Below are positions 40,641-54,456 of a DNA stretch of 64,000 nucleotides, piece by piece. The position numbers and the translations under genes are program-made. The first letter of the stretch is position 1. Each line of letters begins with the position of its first letter. Source of the stretch: Camelus dromedarius (lineage: Eukaryota); NCBI RefSeq assembly GCF_036321535.1, contig NC_087437.1, forward strand, positions 84,260,001-84,324,000, in the 5' to 3' direction. A model generated the notes under the pieces. It was given only the letters and a program-made list of their open reading frames with translations, searched no databases and had not been told where the DNA came from.

Positions 40641-41329
40641 CAAATTAATGACTCTATTGAATAAATACTGACAAATCTTTTCTCTCTGAATCACAATTTC
40701 TACCATTTGAATTAAGACAGTCTTTCTTAATTTTTATATCAATTTTAGGTGACATCTCAGTATCTAATAAAACCAAATTCAGCTTATTCTTCTTTCTAAT
40801 TTCAGGAAGCATGTAATAGGCTTTTGAGGTATTTTTCTTACATATATCTAATCTATATTAATTTTATATATAAAACTCTGGATTCCAGAGGCATCTTGAA
40901 GTCATTTTCTATTGACATTTGATTGTTGGGAAATAACAACACTAAATCACACTAAATCCTTTCAAAATGACACAGTATTTATAAATTAAGAAAATCTATA
41001 TTAGAACATAAATAAATAAAATACACATTTAGTAAATGTTTAATTTTAATATTAAGATAAATATATTCCTATTGTAGAGACTTTTTAAAAATAGAAAATA
41101 TGAACAAAAAACCAAATCACCATATACTCTCATGACCTAGAGGAAAACTTCTTAATAAGTGGTTTTATTTCCTTTCATGTTGTTCTAGCATACACATTAA
41201 AAAAATAAAGATTAGACATGTTTTGCTCTTTTTTTCACTTAATATTATACAGGGCAATGTTCTAATGTAATTTAAGTCTATAGCACACATATAATTTTAA
41301 TGGTTGTATAATATGCACTCTACCATCCT

Positions 41330-41830
41330 AGCATGTGATCTCATCCTCAAATTTAGTTTGGATCCAAGATGTCTGCTGAAGCTCTAGACATCACATCTGC
41401 ATTCTAGACAACAAAAGGGGAATGTATTAGTCAAAAAGGTTGACCTCTAGTTGAAAGAGCTCATTTTAAGTAGCTTTCCTGGAAATTCCACAAAACACCT
41501 CCACTTATATATCACTGGCTAGAATAGTGTTTTGGTCACAACTAGCTCCAAAATGCATGAGAAACTATAGGAGTTTTTAGTTTGACATATCACTTCCTCA
41601 AAATCAAAGTTCTATTAATGAGAACAAAAAAAGAGAATGGATATTGGATGACAACTAGTAATTTAGCCCATTCAGCTAAAATCATTTCTTCTTCTTCCCC
41701 AGGATAACTTAAATTTTCTGCCTCCCTTGTAATTAGGTGCAGTAATGTGAATGGGTTGTAGCCATTAAAATATAAGTACTGTGTACCACTTATACACTTT
41801 TAAGAAGGAGGATTATCCTTTCCATGGAAG
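41330..41830. mobile_element. Old MaLR LTR fragments (MLT1K/L-like and MLT1J-like)
   Basis: caagatgtctgctgaagctctagacatcacatctgcattctag...cttatatatcactggctagaa...gaatggatattggatgacaactag, followed by ttttctgcctcccttgtaattaggtgcag. Confidence 0.65.
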
Positions 41831-43224
41831 GAAGAGGAGGAATTTCTGACAACTGGGAAAACTCACTTTAAACTATTACAAAAGTGAGAATAATATTCTC
41901 TTCTGTTTGAATTATCACATATTTGGGGTTTACTGGTAATCCAGTTAACATTACCTGAACTGACATCATAGTGACTATACAATTTCTCACCCAAACAAGG
42001 ACACTTAAAAATAAATGGGATACAATTAATAATTATTCTAGGACAACAAAAATAAACGAGGACTATTCCAGGCAAACCAGGACTTATGGTCATCCAGATA
42101 ATTAACATAGTATTTAAAATAGAAAGAATAAAAAACATAATATGTTAGCTGTATCTACTTCTTTATTTTAAGATTTATAATGTGGGTATTTCTTAGAGCA
42201 ATTTTTAACAGGAACCATGAAAAAATACTTCTAGTGTGCATCAGAAAACACTACATTTAAGGTAAGCAGATAATTTGATTAAATGAATATCATTGTTAAA
42301 TTGAGCTATCTAAATCAACATTACAGATCTAATTTTACCTCTTCAAATGTGGTCTCCAGAATGCATATATGTGTTTGTGTGTGTCTATATAATGTATTTT
42401 AAATCATCGATATACATAATTATTTGAAAAACTTTTAAAATTTCACTGAAGTATTTTGGTATACACTACTACCTACCTAATTATGGGAGAGATAAAGACT
42501 AAGTTAGGCATTACATTTATGAGCACAACAGGGTTTTTTTTGCTAAAATAAAACAAAGTCAAGCCATTTTAAGAACCTATTTTGCTTACTATGGTACATT
42601 AGTTCAAAATACTAATTGCATGGAATACAGAGTACAAAACCTATTTAACATTTAATGCTGACCTATGCTTTTTGAAAGCTTGACTGGTTAGTATAAATTC
42701 TCTAAAATTTGCAGTCCATCTATCAACCATTAAAAATCCATATGCTCTATTTGTCATTTTCATCCTAATAATAAGGTGCAGTACTAATAACCATCTGCAG
42801 TTAATATTTCCCAGATGTGATTCAGATCATCAACTGCTCTAAACTGGTCATTAATTCTTTTAAAGTATATTATGTCTTGATTGGTGTTGCTTAGATAGCT
42901 TATAAGCTCTTTTATAGTCTTTTTATTTCTTAGGTAAGTATCTTTCCCACCCACCTTTCAACTTCAAATTGAATGAGAAAACTGGTAAGAAGAAAATGAA
43001 TGCTCTGTCTAAAATATAAAATTGAGAGTAAATATATAAACTTTTCTACCTGTTCTCAGAACCAATGCTGAATAAGAACAGAGTTCAGTTTTCACAACTG
43101 TTAAGTCTTTTTGTCACAGCTGATTCAGCTCAAAGGTAGTAACTTTCTCAGCTCCAATGAGAGTTGCAAAATATAGTCTTTAACCAATATGTATGTAAAA
43201 TAATTTTTAACTTGTACATATACT

Positions 43225-43930
43225 TAGCTATTCAACCAACTATTACTGCACATCTGTCATATGACAGTCACTAACTCGGATATAGTGACACACCCAATCC
43301 ATACCTCCAACAGTTTATAATCTTGTAAGAGACAGACATTGTAAATATTGTGAGACATTTAAACACTGTGATATACATTGAGGTTCCTGTTGTTCCCAAA
43401 GAGTTTCCTAATTCAACCTTTGACAGTATGTCTTCTCAGAAAAGATGGAAAATGTTGGCCTTAAAAAAAAAAAAGATAGGAGAAAGCCAGAGAAGGTAGG
43501 GGTTGGAAAGAGAACCTTCCAGATAAACTCAACAGCAGAGACAAGAGAAAGCAAATTACAGGGAAGAAACTACAAGTCTCTTCAGAAAAAGCTGGAAGAT
43601 AGACTGGCTGAAGATAAAAATGAAGAGGCAGCTCTGGGCCACAGGTTAAACGGTAGGTAAGGGAAGCAGGGGTCAAGCAGAGTAGGAACATGATTAGGTC
43701 TTCAGTATGGAAGTTAAGTTCTGGCAACTAGATGAAGGATGGATTAGAAAGTTTGGTGGAAGGGGCCAGGGAAGGACCCAAAGGAAGTGGATAATTTAAA
43801 ACATAACCATGGTAATTTGGAGAAGAATGATGAGGAGCCAAATTGATGTCATGATGATAAAGACCGATTTTAAAGAGCTTTAAGTGATAGAGTCAACAGG
43901 ACTTGCTGACTGGTTGTGGGGATAAGAGTG
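43225..43930 (-). mobile_element. L2 fragment
   Basis: attcaaccaactattactgcacatctgtcatatgacagtcact is the reverse L2 3' end; also gatagagtcaacaggacttgctgactggttg. Confidence 0.65.
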
Positions 43931-46084
43931 AGTCAATCCCTTAAAATACAAAAAAATTTATAAAAGTATTTGGCCTACTATATAGTTCATCTAGTTGTTA
44001 ATTATTTCACAAATAATCTTTTATGGTGTCATGAGAGAATATAACATTTGTATGTGTCTGCTCTGGATTTAGATACAGACTTTCTCATTTATAAATGAAA
44101 TGGCTTATACATATTTTGAATGACTCTGGTTACAATAAGAATTTTCTGATAAAACCAAATTTTAGCTTAGATTATACAGTATGGGAGTTCATTTTAAAAG
44201 GACAACTGGAAACTTCTCTTGGAAGAAGGAGACCAAAAGTTAACATTTTATAAATAACAATGTAAAAAAAGAGAGAGAGAGAATAAAGAAAAGACTATAT
44301 TATGTGTATCAAGGGTAATTGGCTTAAAGTGATCTATATCTTTAAAAATAGATCTTAGAGAAGACACCATCAAGATTAACATTAAAGAACAGCAGACAAT
44401 GAAAAATGATTTGCAAACATACTTATTTTTCAGTTGTCCACAGAATATGAAGTTAATTACATACTCACCGATGTCAGTAAATACTTCACATCTGATTTCC
44501 TAAATCATAGTTACCTGCTTTCTTCTTACTCCTCTTCCTTATGTCAGAAATAATTTCATCAATATCCAAAACATGTTCTTTCAAACGGTGAAAAATAAGG
44601 CAGAAACCCATTTACTTACTTATTTGCACAGGTTGCTATACAGGAAGGAATATTTTGAGACAGTGTAGAGAGACGTGCCACATATCATAGCTGTTCAGGT
44701 ATTAATATTTAAACATTTATGGACTCTACTAAACTATGCATATTCATTCACCTGTTTCCCGTTTCCCCGACTGCCTGCATGCAGGGGAGGTCATTTACCC
44801 ATGCAAGAGATGAGAAAAGAAGGCCTACAGCTCTGGGTGATTCATGTTCCTGCATTCTCCTTCTCAAGGAATTCTACTTTCCACAGCTTTTCACATTTCC
44901 TGGTCGAACTCAATATAGTGCCGTCTCTTTTTTCTGCCATCACCATTGTAGTCTTCATCATCATCATCATCATCAGGTTTACAATCTGCTTTTACAGTTT
45001 GGTAGTTTACACAAAGGGAATTCATTTTAGGAATATTAAAGAGCTGGAGCTTGAGATTTAACAGCAACCTGGTCAACTTCAGAAGTGCCCAATACCCTGC
45101 TCTTTATTTTCTCATGGCCTTTTCTCTGCATGTGCTATTCTCCATTCTCCTCTACTTACTGGCTGGTTGTCCTTTACCTGCTGTTTGTTGTTTGTTTTCC
45201 TGTTCTCTTAAAACTTTTACTTGCACATGATTTTTTTTTTTAAATCACGGTCCCTCTGCTCTCCTTTTCCATGTATCCTTTAGTCTGTCTTTATGGCAGA
45301 AGTTTCTGACAGCTGTTTCCTTTTGTCTCTGAACTTAGAAATCCTAAAGCCCTAAAAAGGAATCTGATTGATTTGGCCATTTATGGAAATCACACGTGAC
45401 AGGTGCCAGGTAGCTGACTAGCCAATTAATTGGATATATTTCAAATGCCCACTTTTGTCTCAATAAACTATGGTTGAGGAAGTACGGCATCCTAGCACTA
45501 ACCATATTAGAAATCCCTCAATAAGCCTCTTGGTCAATCTGCTTAGAAGATTGTGTGGAAATGACAAGCTCTAACATTACTCTTAATTTTGTTCTCTAAT
45601 TTTTCTAACATTTCTAATATACTCATTTCTAAAAGGGTTTTTTTTTTCAGTTTTGGATTGAACTATTTCATGTTTTACCCTTATTTAGCTGACAGTGAAT
45701 AACAGATGTGCATAAGGACCTAGTTATTTAAAATGAGACACAAAAGAATAAACTCAGAAGAAAAACACCAAAGAATATTTCATTAGTTCTTTCCTAAGTA
45801 GAAAAAAAATCGAAACAATCTAAACGTGCATCAAATACTTTTATGCCACTAACTAAACAACTGTACTTAATAATTATTAACCGTCCTTAGCTTTGGGATA
45901 GCCTTTCGTCATCAAAGACACATTAATCTTTTTTTTTAGCACTTTTCAATAACCTCATACCTTTTGACACAAAATCTGTTCATTGTAACAACATTGTAAC
46001 TAGATTAAGACTGCACTTGAGCAACCTTATAGATTATTCTATACTCTCCACAACATCAGTCACAGTGTTGAAAATCAATTCATG

Positions 46085-46275
46085 GTACATTGAGTGGTTA
46101 ACTATCCTGGCTTTGGGAATGAGATGACCTTGGTTTTAGTACCAGATAAATGTCACCACAAACTTGGGCAGGTGATGTAATTTTTCTCAGGTTCAGCTTT
46201 TTCATCTATAAAATGGTGCTAATAATATTTATTTCACATCGATATTATTAGGGTTCAATGAAAAAATATATTAAA
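46085..46275 (+). mobile_element. MIR SINE
   Basis: gagtggttaa...ggctttggga...ttgggcaggtgatgtaatttttctcaggttcagctttttcatctataaaatgg...aaatgcttaagcacagt. Confidence 0.75.
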
Positions 46276-46724
46276 TGCTTAAGCACAGTTCTTACTGCAG
46301 ACCCATCACATTAATAATTTGAATATTTGGGGGCAGAAATTTACATTAGGTTTCCTATGAAGCCAAGGTATGTGGAACCCAATTTCTACAAGCTCCTGGG
46401 AGTGTCATGGCCTACTACTGAGCCTGCACACCAAGGGAAACTCTGAAGTCTCCCCTTATTGATTCATAAAGAATAACAGCAGTAATGTCATATAATCAAA
46501 GGCATAAAAGCTTGATTTATTTTTTAGATTAAATGGATTTGAAAATAAAGCCAACTGCTACCAACAGTGATTGAAGTGAAGAGAAATTGAAAAATTCAGA
46601 CAGCTCATGCATTAAAAACAGAAGGCAGAGAAAATTAAGGGAAAATCATAATTTGTGAAACTCTTTAAGCAAATGTTTCAACCAATTATATAATGTTGAT
46701 GACATTTGAAAATGAAAGGAACTA

Positions 46725-47460
46725 CTGTGAAATGTGCCAGAGCATCTGATTCTTCTTAACAAGGCCTGCCTTCAGGGAAAAGTATTTTAGCAGAACCTCA
46801 CCTTCTGGGGGTTTTACCAGAGCCTAACCTACTTGAGGGAAGGAAAATTCCCAGCTCCAGCCAGCTCTAGTCTTCCATGTAGGGGGACACCCTACTTCAA
46901 CTCCCCCTAGCCATCCTGTCCCATCTAACAGGGGAAAAGAAAACTGAGAAGTCTGGGTGAAGCTGACAGTCCAGGAGCACAGACCCACTAAAAGACTGAG
47001 GCTTAATTATGAGCCTATAGACTACTTTCCCTGCCCCCAATATCTTACCACATTACTACAGGCCTATATACCTCAGTTCTTATTACCCATACATTACATC
47101 TACTTTTCAATAAAAAAAATTACAAGATGTACTAAAAGGCAAAAAAAAAAACACTGTTTGAAGAGGCTGAAGAGCATCAGAACCAGAGTCCAATATGGCA
47201 GGAATGTTGGGATTACCAGAGCAGGAATTTTTTAAAACCATGGATAATATGCTAGGGGCTTTAATGGATAATGTACACAACATGTAAGAATAGATGGATA
47301 ACGTAAGCAGAGAGATGGAAATTCTAAGAATGGATCAAGAAGAAATGCTAGAGATCAAAACGGTGTGAGGGAAATGAAGAGTGGCTTTGATGGGCTCCTT
47401 CTGAGGAAAGAATCTCTGAGTTGAGGGATATGACTGAAAGAAATTTCTTTTAAATGTGAA
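46725..47460 (+). mobile_element. Old L1 (L1MB/MC-type) 5'-ORF1 region fragment
   Basis: tgattcttcttaacaaggcctgcc...ttttaccagagcctaacct...aagagcatcagaaccagag...atggataacgtaagcagagagatggaaattctaagaa...gctttgatgggctc. Confidence 0.8.
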
Positions 47461-48801
47461 ATAATATGACTGAAACTAATATGATGGATATTTAGAAAAC
47501 TACTACATATGTTGTGAAGTTTCTCAGAAAAAAAAACTATGTAGGTATCAGTTTTGGAAAGAATAACTGACACATTCATTTCAAACTGAAACTGTCTTAA
47601 AAATTTATATTTTCAGAATTCAAATAGATATCTATAGTTTTGGATAATTTCAATGTACTATAAAATGAACAAAAATGTGGTACTAGAATCTGCTACAATG
47701 ATAAATTGGTTCTTACCGTAAAATACAGATATTAACTATTTGTAGGTATTCCATTCTCTATCATAAACACACTCTATCTTTGATTTTTCAACTTTGGAAC
47801 AATATTAGGAATTGATGAACTCTTGCTAATGGAATAAAGGTAACTTTCTACACAGTTGAATTGTAATACAACCCTGTTTTATTATAAAAATCATTTTTTT
47901 TCATTGTAAGAATAATTAGTAACTGAACTGCTAGGTTCACTCATAGCTTTTATTTAGGCATGAATGACTTGAATCTCTATTTTCCTAACTATCTCAGGGT
48001 AAACGTCCTAATACGAATTCACTATGCTTAAGAGATAAGATCACATATCTTAAATTATCCTGCATTATTGAAAACCAGATAAGATTACATATCTTATCTT
48101 ATGTTGTTAAAACTCTAATGATCACTAAGTTACAACATTTGCAAAATACATATAATATATATTTGAAACCAATATTTGGCATCTAAGAAACACAAAGTTT
48201 CCAATCTCTAGTAAGATGTAACTCATTATACAATAGCACTTCTTTTCCCACTAACATTCAGTTTTCTCTTAATTTTTTTTGTTAAAGCATACTTCACTGT
48301 TGAAAGTTTGATTTTGAATACTGGAGTGCTTGTATCTGAGTCCACTACAACTTTGTAACATAGACTGATCTACTATGTATACAGTAGCAGCCAAAAGAGA
48401 AGCGTGGGGGAAAAATATCCAGAACAAGCAAATCTTTCATTTTCTTGTTAAACAGACTACTGTGAATAAAAATAAATGGTGAAACTATTTCAGGTGAGTT
48501 GATGGAGTACTTAAAAATCAAGTTATTTCCATCAATATTAATTATGTACAATTTTAGGTATATATTAAATAATATGGAATTACTATTATTATGAAAAGCT
48601 ATGTTTTAACTATCAGGTTTTATGGCCACTCAAATAAGTCACTTACTTTTTCAATTATAGTACCAAAATCTTAAAAAAAAATGTGATTATTACATTTTAA
48701 GAAGTATAGTAGTATACATTTTAAGTATAAGTATTTTAAGTAGTTACATTTTAAGAAGTAGTATAAGTACTAAATCTCAAAGTAAAACAATGTAAGTTTT
48801 T

Positions 48802-49230
48802 CTCTTTCTTCTTTTTGTTCTCTTTTCTTATAATTCGATGACTAGAGAAGGTCCTTTAAAATTTATTGTAAAGCTGGTTTGGTGGTGCTGAACTCTTTCA
48901 GCTTTTGTTTATCCGTGAAGCTTTTGATTTCTCCATCAAATATGAACAAGAGCCCTTGCTGGATAGAGTATTCTTGGTTGTTAAGTTTTTCCCTTTCATC
49001 ACTTTAAATATATCGTGCCACTCCCTTCTGGCCTGTAGAGTTTCTGCTGAAAAATCAGCTGATAACCTTATGGGAGTTCCCTCGTATGTTATTTGTTGCT
49101 TTTCTCTTGCTAACTTTAATATTTTCTCCTTATCCTTAATTTTTGTCAATTTCATTACTATGTGCCTTGGTGTGTTCCTCTTTGGGTTGATCCTGTGTGG
49201 AACTCTGTGCTTCCTGGACTTGGGTGACTG
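48802..49230 (-). mobile_element. TSD-flanked L1 insertion consisting only of the 3' half of ORF1 plus an A-rich tail
   Basis: ORF 48898-49155 (KLTKIKDKEKILKLAREKQQITYEGTPIRLSADFSAETLQARREWHDIFKVMK) is L1 ORF1p C-terminal sequence. 17-bp direct repeats aaacaatgtaagttttt (48785-48801) and aaataatgtaagttttt (49231-49247). Confidence 0.92.
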
Positions 49231-50439
49231 AAATAATGTAAGTTTTTAATCATGAAGTCCACTTTTTATATTCTAAAAAGCTTTTCATTTTTCTGTTTAG
49301 TAGCAGTTACTTTTTATTAGTTAACATTGAGCCAAGATGCCCCAGTATGACAAACCCCCACTGCTGTTTGGCACTGAATGAGAGGGACCCCTTCTGTAAT
49401 GAGTATTAAGGATTTTGAATATAAAATTTAATTTACAGGCCCTTTTATTGTATTCTCTTTCATCTAAAATGTTATAAATTGGCTAAAACCAACCTGAGTA
49501 AATAAAATATGAAAGGAAAGGAGTAAACATGAGAGTTAATGTGGCAAGAAAATTTATATGATTTTTCTTTCATACATTTTCAGATTAAGAGAACAAACTC
49601 AGGAGATATACATATATTTTTTAATTGCTACTTTTGTACAAAGTTATTGCATGAGCAGTGTCTTTTGTGTTTCTGTGTTTTTCTCATTAGCATTACAATG
49701 GCACGACTTCTTAAAGACTAGCTGCCTTCTTCCCTGGAGATTTTCAAAACTCAAATAGGTCCTTCAGGTTTACATAGTAAGATTCAGTACTTAGCAAACA
49801 GAAAATCCAGGGCACATGCCTATACTTAAATGTTTCTGAAAACACTTCTTCAGTATTCACTTAACTTCTATAGTGCTATGCACAAGTTTTTATTCATGAA
49901 GCACTCTTTCATTGATTATCATGGCACTGTGTTAGCTACTCTACCAGGTCATCATAATTTTATGACTTTAGTGTAGTATGTTTGACAGATAAAGGATGGA
50001 AGGGACACACACAGGATAAAGTTCTTAAGAGCTTTGAATTATGTAGACATAAAATTCTTGGCATTAGACAGTGAGAGCACAGAATTAAGAATTACAACTA
50101 TGGGTTCCCAAATTCTCTGAGGTATTCATTCTTTTATAAAACCAAGCTCCAACTTCTATACACATATAGTTATTCAATTTCACTGTGTTTTCCACATACC
50201 AGTAATAACACCTACATTTTGAACATTTTTTTCCTAATAATTTTCTAAGGTGTCTTTCATTACCAAGGATTTATATTATTGCCTTAAATAAAAGAAATCT
50301 TCAATAATTTTTTTTATTGTGTGTTTAAGTAAATCTGGAAAGTTTTTAACTTTACTTCTACTTACTGGGGCTGAGCTATACACTATCTAAATCAACTAAG
50401 ACATTGAAATTCTGAGTCTTCTACAATACAGCTTAGTCT

Positions 50440-50860
50440 ATGGTCATAGCCTTATTTCCCACCACCGCCCTTCACTCTAGCCACACAAATGATTCTCAAC
50501 ATTCCTAAAACTTAATGCACACATTTAAAAATTCTGTGCCTGTCCTCAAGCCATTCTCTTTGCCTAACAGGTGCTTTCTATCCTCTCTTCCAGCCCATAT
50601 GTGATTCCTTCAGTTTACAAGAAAGAGCTGATGTATCACATCCTACTACCACTTTTCCTTGAACAGAACTGACCCCTCTCATTATTATTCTTTCACAAAA
50701 CATTACTCAAAATTTCCTGAAGACATTCTCTTTGGTCTGATGATTGTGTAGAATTATCTCTAAACTGCAAGACTCCTTGTGGGTAGGAAAAAACTCTTAG
50801 AACACTTTCACAGAGTACTTGGCACAAAGAACGTAAAATTAAAGTTTACTGAATTGAATT
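50440..50860 (+). mobile_element. L2 3' fragment
   Basis: cactctagccacacaaat...ctaaactgcaagactccttgtgggtagg...cacagagtacttggcaca...tttactgaattgaatt. Confidence 0.65.
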
Positions 50861-52124
50861 CTGGACATGACTTAAAAAAAACAAAGTGTATTTTCTGCAT
50901 TGGCAAAAATGAGTTAACAAGAAAGCATTTCAGAAAATAAATATATTTTCCTTTCATTTCTACAAAACTAAAACATCATTTGCTCAAAACTACTCATATT
51001 TGCTAACCATAGGTACTTATGTTACACTTAAATAACCAGTAATGGTTTTGTTTACAGGCACATCATGAATGCCTACTCCTGTAACTACATCAGTGTGATA
51101 TTACTGGTGGAATGGGTATTTTAAGTTTAAAAAAAAATAAAAAAAAAATAAACCCACTATGAAATAATTTATTAAATCATATATTTTATATAGTAGATGG
51201 TTTCAAAAATATCTATTAGTTCAATTCTTTACATAAAGAAAATCTTATCAATTTTAAAGTTATTCATAGAAACTACTTTAGTCAGAGAAATATCAAATAT
51301 ACTTTAAATCATAAGATTGCCAAATATATCACCTAGTTGTCTTTTCTCTCCATGACATATTTGTAAAACCAACTGAAGTAGTGTCTCTGAGAAAAGGCAA
51401 CTTTAGTTAAAACTCAAAATAGCATGGCTCAAAAAACCTGAGACCCTCAAAAAGCTAGAAAATTTCAAATAGATATAATTTTAATATGCAGACATAAATG
51501 GTAGTTTAAATGTTATAAACTGATTTACAGCTTCTATAGATTTCAAATTATTTAACCAATTATGATGTCTGGATGCTTTTCAGTCTTGCCATTTTTAGTA
51601 GATTTCTTTCAAAGCTTTTCATCCTTACCATTTCCTTACTTGTTTTATCTATAAATAGCATTAAGTAAAGCTCTATTCTTGTCAGTAATCTATCCTCTGC
51701 ATTCAAAGAGAAAATTTAAGTTGTATGTTTTCTTTAAAATTTACTCATGTCATCTATCCATTTTATTATTTCCCTTGATTCGCCTTTGTTTTATCTAATT
51801 CATAAAGCTTAGTCCATATCTATTACAAAGTATGTCCATGTACTCCAATTTTCAAGTATCCCTACTGGCGACACGTGCCATATATACATTACTATTTGGG
51901 GAATAATCTAAAAGTAATATAGCCTATTCTATCAGTGATATTCCAAGGTAACTGAGTATTCAATTTACTCTTTAATTTCTGAATCCATGTGCTATTTTTC
52001 TCTCTGTAGTCTATATTATTGGTCATTGCCCTTTATCTTTACATGGCAGAATCTTAAAAGAAATAAAAAGTGCACAGCTGTGAAATAACCAACCCTACCT
52101 GTGAAGATTAGTCTATATATGGCT

Positions 52125-52300
52125 CAGAGGTTTTGTTGCATCACTTCCTAGTTCTGCGACTATACTGAAGTTATTTAACATACTCAGGTCTCAATTTTCA
52201 CATCTTTCAATAGGGAAAAATTATACTTGATTTCTAGGACTCACGTGAGTAAAGTGCTTTGAACAAAGCCTAGCATATGGTAAACGCTCAATGAATTTTA
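52125..52300 (+). mobile_element. MIR SINE
   Basis: cacttcctagttctgcgac...aagttatttaac...tctcaattttcacatct...gtaaagtgctttgaacaaagcctagcatatggtaaacgctcaatgaat. Confidence 0.75.
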
Positions 52301-54456
52301 ACTGTCTTTTCATTTTCTACCTTATTCTATTGTATTTATTTTCTACTGTACTCTCCTTCCCATCTTCTTTCTCTTTCCTCTTGCTCATTCTTGGGCTGGT
52401 GCCCAACATGTACATCTCAGTTCAGCAGTACGTTTAACAAGGGAGAAAAAAAATCTGAATCAATTATGCAAATATCACACATAAATAATTGACCTTTCAG
52501 GAAGTTTTCAATGCTTCTCTCTGTTTGCAGTTCCATCGTAAGTATCCGGGCTTTAGAGTCAGAAATAATTTAGTTTGAATTGGAGGCCATCACTCACTAT
52601 TTGGCCTATAACTTCTTGGCATTTTTTGTTCCTTGCCATCTTTAAGACTGGGCTTCTCCAACAGGGAAAAAGAATTAAGACGTACTTCATAGAGCCATCT
52701 TGAAAATAAAGTATAAAATTCTTAGTGCAGTGTCTGGCAAACGGAAAACTATGAGGTAAGTAAGCATCACTTTTCAGACAATTCTTCCCTCTCTCTATAG
52801 TAAACCACAAGTATAAAAATGCCCTGTTTCATAACACCAATGACAAAGTCATTATAAGTATGATAGCAATGAAGTTTATTTGTAACTCTGTAAGTCTCTG
52901 TGTCTCCAGTTACCAGTTTGCTTTAGGAAATGCAGTCTGATCAAACCAAACACAATCACTAGAGCAGGGGTGCAACTCCTGTTCCTCACATGATTCTTTG
53001 GCTATGACTACATAAGGTCAGTGATAGTATGATCACTAATATTTTTTGTCATTTTTTTCAGAAGATGAAAAAGTGAGGCTTATAAACTACCTAACTAGTT
53101 GTAAGTTACTTAGTATATCGAGAAAAGGACATGTGTATTTATCTCGGAAGGGCATTCCAAAAAAGAAGTTTCACTCACTTTTTGAAAATAATTGTGATAA
53201 ATGTGACATTCTCAATACGCTCAACAGATACTGATATTTACTCATTTTAATGAAAATAAGATAATGAAGAAAAGCATAATCTTAGTTTAAAAGGTATATT
53301 TTCAGAAATGGTTTGAGGAGAGCTCTATTAGAATAAAACAAAAATTTCAGAAAAAATAAAACCATAGTCTATAAAACAAACAAATCTAAAGAAACAAATG
53401 GCCTGTTAAACAAAGACGTAAGAACTGAACTCTTCATAGGAACTTTCAGTTGAAAATATACATGTTTAATGATAACTATTGAATAATTTCTGATATAAAG
53501 TTCTGATTTCTGTTTCAAATTCAAACAGCAATATTTGAATGATTCTAAAAAATAAAAAAATTTTGGGTCAACTTCTCCATTGAGATTTAAATTTGTAGAG
53601 ATAATGAAAAAAGCAATGTAAAACAATATCAAGTAAGAATGTGATGAATAAGAAAAACACAGTTTCTAAGAAAAGGAAGGAAAGCTAACCCAAGTATATC
53701 TGGAAAAGGTTGACTACTCCATTACTGAAGATTCTGTTTAAACAGAGAAAAGCAAACTAAAAAGCTTCACAACCCACCCTTTTAAGTTTAGCTTGAAATG
53801 AGAAAAAAAAAAAAAAAAAAAAGATGTAGAAATACACTGTAATGTGAAAATGACACAAAATATATCAAAACATATAAAAAGTCAAGTATAACCATAGGTA
53901 AAATGATGTTAATACCTGAAATGGTGTACTTTGGAAATTACACATCTTTATAATCTTTTCAAAAGCAACTACATTCTGCTAACGAAATGCTAATCATAAT
54001 GTATCTTTTTGCCAAGTTCAAAAAACACAAACTGCTTTGGTAGATTCATACTTTCTAATAAATACCAAATTGTTAGTATCTGTAAAATCTATTTACAACA
54101 ATCTATAGTTTTTTTATGCATAAATTGAGGTTACCAAATTTAATAAATATATACAAAGAAAAGTATCTTGAGCATAAAATTTTATTTCTAAAGAAAATAT
54201 TCATATGGGAGCTATTCTAATACTACTATGTATAAACAATATATTAAGGAAGAATTATTAATTTAGAAGAAAGCAAAGAATTTTTATACCATTGATTATC
54301 AGTTCTAATTATATTTTAGTATTTCCTGTGGGATTTAAGTAATATGCTAAAATTCATACTAAATACAGCTAAAAATGCACTGTTCCTTTAACTATTATAA
54401 TAGATGCTAAAATTAACCTACAACTATGACAATTTTAAAAAGATATTTAAACTTAC

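Larger units (their letters stand above)
1..54456 (-). other. EPHA6: EPHA6 intron 2 (partial; exon 3 lies outside the window)
   Basis: Begins at the GTAAGT donor of exon 2. The large exon 3 (WDAITEMDEHNRPIHTYQVC...) would appear as a long minus-strand ORF, and none is in the ORF track. EPHA6 is known to have very long introns. Confidence 0.85.

Noticed and set aside
44469..44577. Minus-strand candidate exon with a strong CG|GTGAGT donor (EHVLDIDEIISDIRKR...)
   Set aside because: The acceptor is weak (gaaag), the open frame is incompatible with the phase-0 end of exon 2, and I see no homology. Strong donors occur by chance in 54 kb.
44675..45076. ORFs of 128, 103 and 61 aa with poly-Ile, poly-His and poly-Asp runs
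   Set aside because: The runs are the readings of a short (CAT)n microsatellite at ~44956-44973, and there is no other coding signal.
47717..47873. Minus-strand AG...GTAAGA-bounded segment whose broken translation (RKLPLF..., IVPKLK...) faintly recalls a cyclic-nucleotide-binding domain
   Set aside because: The similar-looking pieces are in different frames and interrupted by stops, and no second supporting exon was found. It is most likely chance pattern matching in an EPHA6 intron. A TBLASTN/HMMER search would settle it.
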